A DNA stretch of 64,000 bases from Terriglobia bacterium (GTDB lineage Bacteria > Acidobacteriota > Polarisedimenticolia > Polarisedimenticolales > JAIQFR01), in NCBI GenBank assembly GCA_963748015.1, contig CAVVHE010000009.1:32001-96000 (forward strand), given 5' to 3'. Positions within the stretch are counted from its first letter, which is position 1, and each line of letters starts with the position of its first letter. Shown piece by piece: positions 57,410-64,000 of the stretch. The notes under the pieces were generated by a model that was not told the origin of the DNA, did not search any database, and worked only from the letters and a program-made list of their open reading frames with translations. A program made the position numbers and the translations under genes.

Positions 57410-58591
57410 TCAGTCGGCCGGGGGGACCGGCAGCGAGCCGCCCCCCTCGACGAACCGGTCGTACGGTTCCGCGTGGCCGTGGTGCACGATGAACATCCTG
57501 GGGTACTGGACCACGTCGCCGTTCTCGTCGAACGCGACCTGGCCCGAGGCGCCCGAGTAGTCGTCGATGGAGTTGAGTCCCTTCCTCACACTGTCCGGGT
57601 CGGGCGATCCTCCTCTCTGGATCGCGAGCACGAGCACCTTGAGGGCGTCGTACCCGTGGGCCGCGAAGCTGTCCGGGTCCTCGCGGAACCTGGCCCGGTA
57701 GGCGGCCACGAAGCTCCTCGTCGCGCGCCGCGGCGACTGCGGATCGAACGCCACCTCGGGAAACACCAGCCCCTCCGCCGCCGGCCCCGCCCTGCGCGCG
57801 GCGTCGGCGGTGACGGAGGAGGTGCCGAGGACGACGGAGGCGAACCCCGCTTCCCGGAGCGCTCTCAGGATCCCCGCGGTGTCGTCGGCGTATCCCGCGA
57901 GGTAGATGCCGTCGGGGCGAAGCCCGCTCACCCTCGCGGCGAGGACCGGGAACGCGTCGGCGTCTCCCGCCCGGAACGTGAACGTGCCGATCACCTCGCG
58001 GGCATCTCCGGCGAAGTGCTCCGCGAACACCTTCGACAGGCCGGCGCCGTACTCGTTCTGGACGCCGAGGACCGCGACGCGCCGGAGCCCGAGGTCGCGG
58101 GCGAAATCCGCCAGCGAGGTGCCCTCGAGCGTATCCGAGGGGTAGTTCCGGTAGACCCACTCCCCCGCCCCCGTGATCTCCGGCGAGGACGAGGTCGGCG
58201 AGAGGAGGACGGCGCGGCCGCTCTGGCAGATCGGCGCGATGCTCAGGGTCACCGGCGAGGAGACCGCCCCGATCAGGAGGCGCACCCCCTCCTTCTCGAC
58301 CAGCTCGCGGGCCACCTGCGCGCCGATCTCCGGGTTGGTGGCGTCGTCGCGATAGAGGATCCGGACTCTCGCCCCCACCCCCCCGGCGGCCCGAACCTCG
58401 TCGAGGGCCAGCTCGAGACCGCGGCGCACCTTCTCGCCGTAGGGGGCGGCCGCGCCGGTGTCGGAGACGATCGCGCCGACGAGGACCGGCCGCGCGCAAC
58501 CCGGGACGGCGAGCAGCGCGGCCAGGAGGACCGCCGCGCGCGGGAGCGCGCTCCTTGTGGCGGCTCGGGCTCCTGGGTCCGGCGTTCTCAA
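57410..58591 (-). CDS. Periplasmic binding protein type 1 (branched-chain amino acid-binding-like lipoprotein)
   Basis: Motifs IGAVSS, NEYGAGL, AAHGYDA and GASGQVAFDENGD. Confidence 0.85.
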   Translation of the reverse strand: MRTPDPGARAATRSALPRAAVLLAALLAVPGCARPVLVGAIVSDTGAAAPYGEKVRRGLELALDEVRAAGGVGARVRILYRDDATNPEIGAQVARELVEKEGVRLLIGAVSSPVTLSIAPICQSGRAVLLSPTSSSPEITGAGEWVYRNYPSDTLEGTSLADFARDLGLRRVAVLGVQNEYGAGLSKVFAEHFAGDAREVIGTFTFRAGDADAFPVLAARVSGLRPDGIYLAGYADDTAGILRALREAGFASVVLGTSSVTADAARRAGPAAEGLVFPEVAFDPQSPRRATRSFVAAYRARFREDPDSFAAHGYDALKVLVLAIQRGGSPDPDSVRKGLNSIDDYSGASGQVAFDENGDVVQYPRMFIVHHGHAEPYDRFVEGGGSLPVPPAD

Positions 58592-58639
58592 CAGAGAGCT
58601 CTCGATTCCCGACCCTCGAGCCCGGAATCCGCCGGAGGG

Positions 58640-59059
58640 TCAGCTTGTCCCAACCCGCTTCGCGACCGCGATCCGGACCTCGGCCCTCTCGAGATGGGCC
58701 GCCGCGTGCCGGACGTCGTCCTCGGTGGCGTCGGCGCGGGCGAGCTCCGCCCTCGCGCGGTCGCGCGCCTCCGTGGCCCGCGCGACGTCGATCTCCTCGG
58801 CGCGCTCGCAGGTCTCGGCGAGCACGCTCACGCGGTGCTGGAGGACCTCGGCGAAGCCGCCCGAGATCGCGAGATATCGCGCGCGCCCTCCGGAATGGTA
58901 GGAGATCTCTCCCGCCGCGAGCGCAGTGAGGAGCGGCGCGTGCCCCGGCAGCACCCCGAGGTATCCCTCGCTCCCCGGCAACACGAGATCGTCCACCGTC
59001 TCGGACAACACGAGGCTTCCCGGGGTCACGATCTCGAGGTCGATCTTCAGTGGGTCCAT
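58640..59059 (-). CDS. atpC: ATP synthase F1 epsilon
   Basis: EIVTP, GVLPGHAPL and GGFAEV. Confidence 0.96.
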   Translation of the reverse strand: MDPLKIDLEIVTPGSLVLSETVDDLVLPGSEGYLGVLPGHAPLLTALAAGEISYHSGGRARYLAISGGFAEVLQHRVSVLAETCERAEEIDVARATEARDRARAELARADATEDDVRHAAAHLERAEVRIAVAKRVGTS

Positions 59060-59066
59060 CGCGGTG

Positions 59067-61380
<2,314 letters not shown>

Positions 61381-61392
61381 TCGGCTCCGCCC

Positions 61393-62955
<1,563 letters not shown>

Positions 62956-62957
62956 GC

Positions 62958-63500
62958 CTACTCCTCGGCCATCCTGCGCCTCAGGGCGCCAAGCTGGGTG
63001 CTCAGGCTCCCGTCGTAGACGGTCGAGCCTATCCGGGTCACCGCTCCTCCGACCAGCGAGGGCGACACCTCGCAGGTGAGGCGCACCTTGCGCGCCGTGA
63101 GCTTCTCGAGAACTCCTTGCGCCCGCGCCACGAGATCCGCCGAAATCGGGGACGCCGTCGTGAGCGTCGCGGGAACCACGCCGAGCGCCTCGTCCTTCGC
63201 CTCCTGGAACGCTTCCGCGATCGCCGGAAGCACCGCCGACCTTCCGTGCTCCGCCACGACCGCGAGGAAGGCCCTCATCACGGGCGGCGCCTCCGCATCG
63301 CGCGTGAGCGCGTCGAGTACCGCTCGCCGCGCCTGCCGGGGGACCGCCGGATTCAACAGAACGTCGCGGAGCTCCAGGGAGGCGTCCATCGCGGACGCGA
63401 TCGCCGCGAGGAACTCTCCCGCGCGCTCCACCGTCGCCGGATCGGGGATCGCGGCGAGCAGCGCCCTGGCGTATCGTTTCGCGAGCAGACGGTCTTTCAT
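62958..63500 (-). CDS. atpH: ATP synthase delta
   Basis: [12 protein letters not shown] and YDGS; first gene of atpHAGDC. Confidence 0.95.
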   Translation of the reverse strand: MKDRLLAKRYARALLAAIPDPATVERAGEFLAAIASAMDASLELRDVLLNPAVPRQARRAVLDALTRDAEAPPVMRAFLAVVAEHGRSAVLPAIAEAFQEAKDEALGVVPATLTTASPISADLVARAQGVLEKLTARKVRLTCEVSPSLVGGAVTRIGSTVYDGSLSTQLGALRRRMAEE

Positions 63501-63810
63501 GGACCCTCGATCCTAGCGGCCGCTACCCTGCCCAACCCCGGGTTCGCTTCCCGCCTCCCCCGCCGCGACAATCGCGGGAAACACGTTTCCCTTGTTGGAG
63601 ATGGCGGACCTTATCACAGCCCTTTTCGGACCGTCAACCATCCGCCGCTCGCCCCTCGCTACGCTCGGGTTTCGCGGCGGGAGTGCACCCTCACAACAAA
63701 CAGATCGGAACCGGACAACCGGCCAAATCACTTGCTACGAAAAGCAGACATTTCTGCTTGCTATCAACACCGTCCGCCGCTCGGCCTCGTCCTGACTGAC
63801 TGACCAGGTA

Positions 63811-63993
63811 GCGGGGCCCGAGACCGGAAGCGTCCGCAGACGGCCCTTTTCTGGGCCGGCGAGGAACGCTTCCGGTCTCGGGCCCCGCGGTGGCGGCGTG
63901 GGCTGCGGCTGATTCGTCCGGAGGCGAGGGCGTCCGAAGGCGACCCTTTTGCGAGCTGGCGAGGACGCTCTCGCCTCCGGACGAGGCAGCCGC
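63811..63993. repeat. Two tandem long hairpins with a shared ~40-nt core
   Basis: 23-bp perfect stem (63811-63833/63866-63888) and 22-bp stem with one G-T pair (63914-63935/63963-63984). The two loop regions are similar in sequence. Confidence 0.8.
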
Positions 63994-64000
63994 TCGAACT

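Noticed and set aside
63719..63737. Sigma-54 promoter (GG...TTGC)
   Set aside because: The GG to GC spacing is 11 nt rather than the required 10.
63780..63825. Resemblance of ...CAGGTAGCGGGG to the 3' part of a c-di-GMP-I riboswitch
   Set aside because: There is no upstream GCAAA/GAAA-tetraloop P2 element, and the segment is explained by the long hairpin.

Overview
High-GC bacterial chromosomal window, probably Acidobacteriota-like (inferred from gene content and style, not proven). (1) 1-17.5 kb is a specialised lipid or aryl-polyene-like cluster. It encodes an MIO ammonia-lyase, an acyl-CoA ligase, a KS/CLF pair, an ACP, an LpxL-type acyltransferase, LolA/LolCDE-like export proteins, a GT2 and a deacetylase. 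It also carries a homologue of the archaeal tetraether-lipid C-C coupling radical SAM enzyme (Tes/GDGT-MAS) and two cobalamin-dependent radical SAM enzymes. (2) 17.5-42.5 kb is mixed accessory DNA: ECF sigma with a double zinc-finger anti-sigma, an RHH/RelE toxin-antitoxin pair, an orphan BrnA with a deleted BrnT, ybbAP-tesA, a Ser/Thr kinase, an Asn-synthetase-like gene, a frameshifted HTH-TPR regulator followed by a small ORF, a split TM0106 nuclease/SF1 helicase pair, and an ARPP-1-like gene. (3) 42.5-64 kb is mostly housekeeping (dsbA-like, trmFO, xerC, suhB, hfq-like, two SurA-like genes, mfd, atpHAGDC). It is interrupted by a complete IS110/IS1111-type element whose 3' non-coding end contains a bridge/seek-RNA-like two-loop structure. 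The guide segments of that RNA match the element's own ends and the terminus of the ~165-bp palindromic MITE it inserted into. Two related, unexplained hairpin units close the window. All calls come from motif reading only; no database searches were run.
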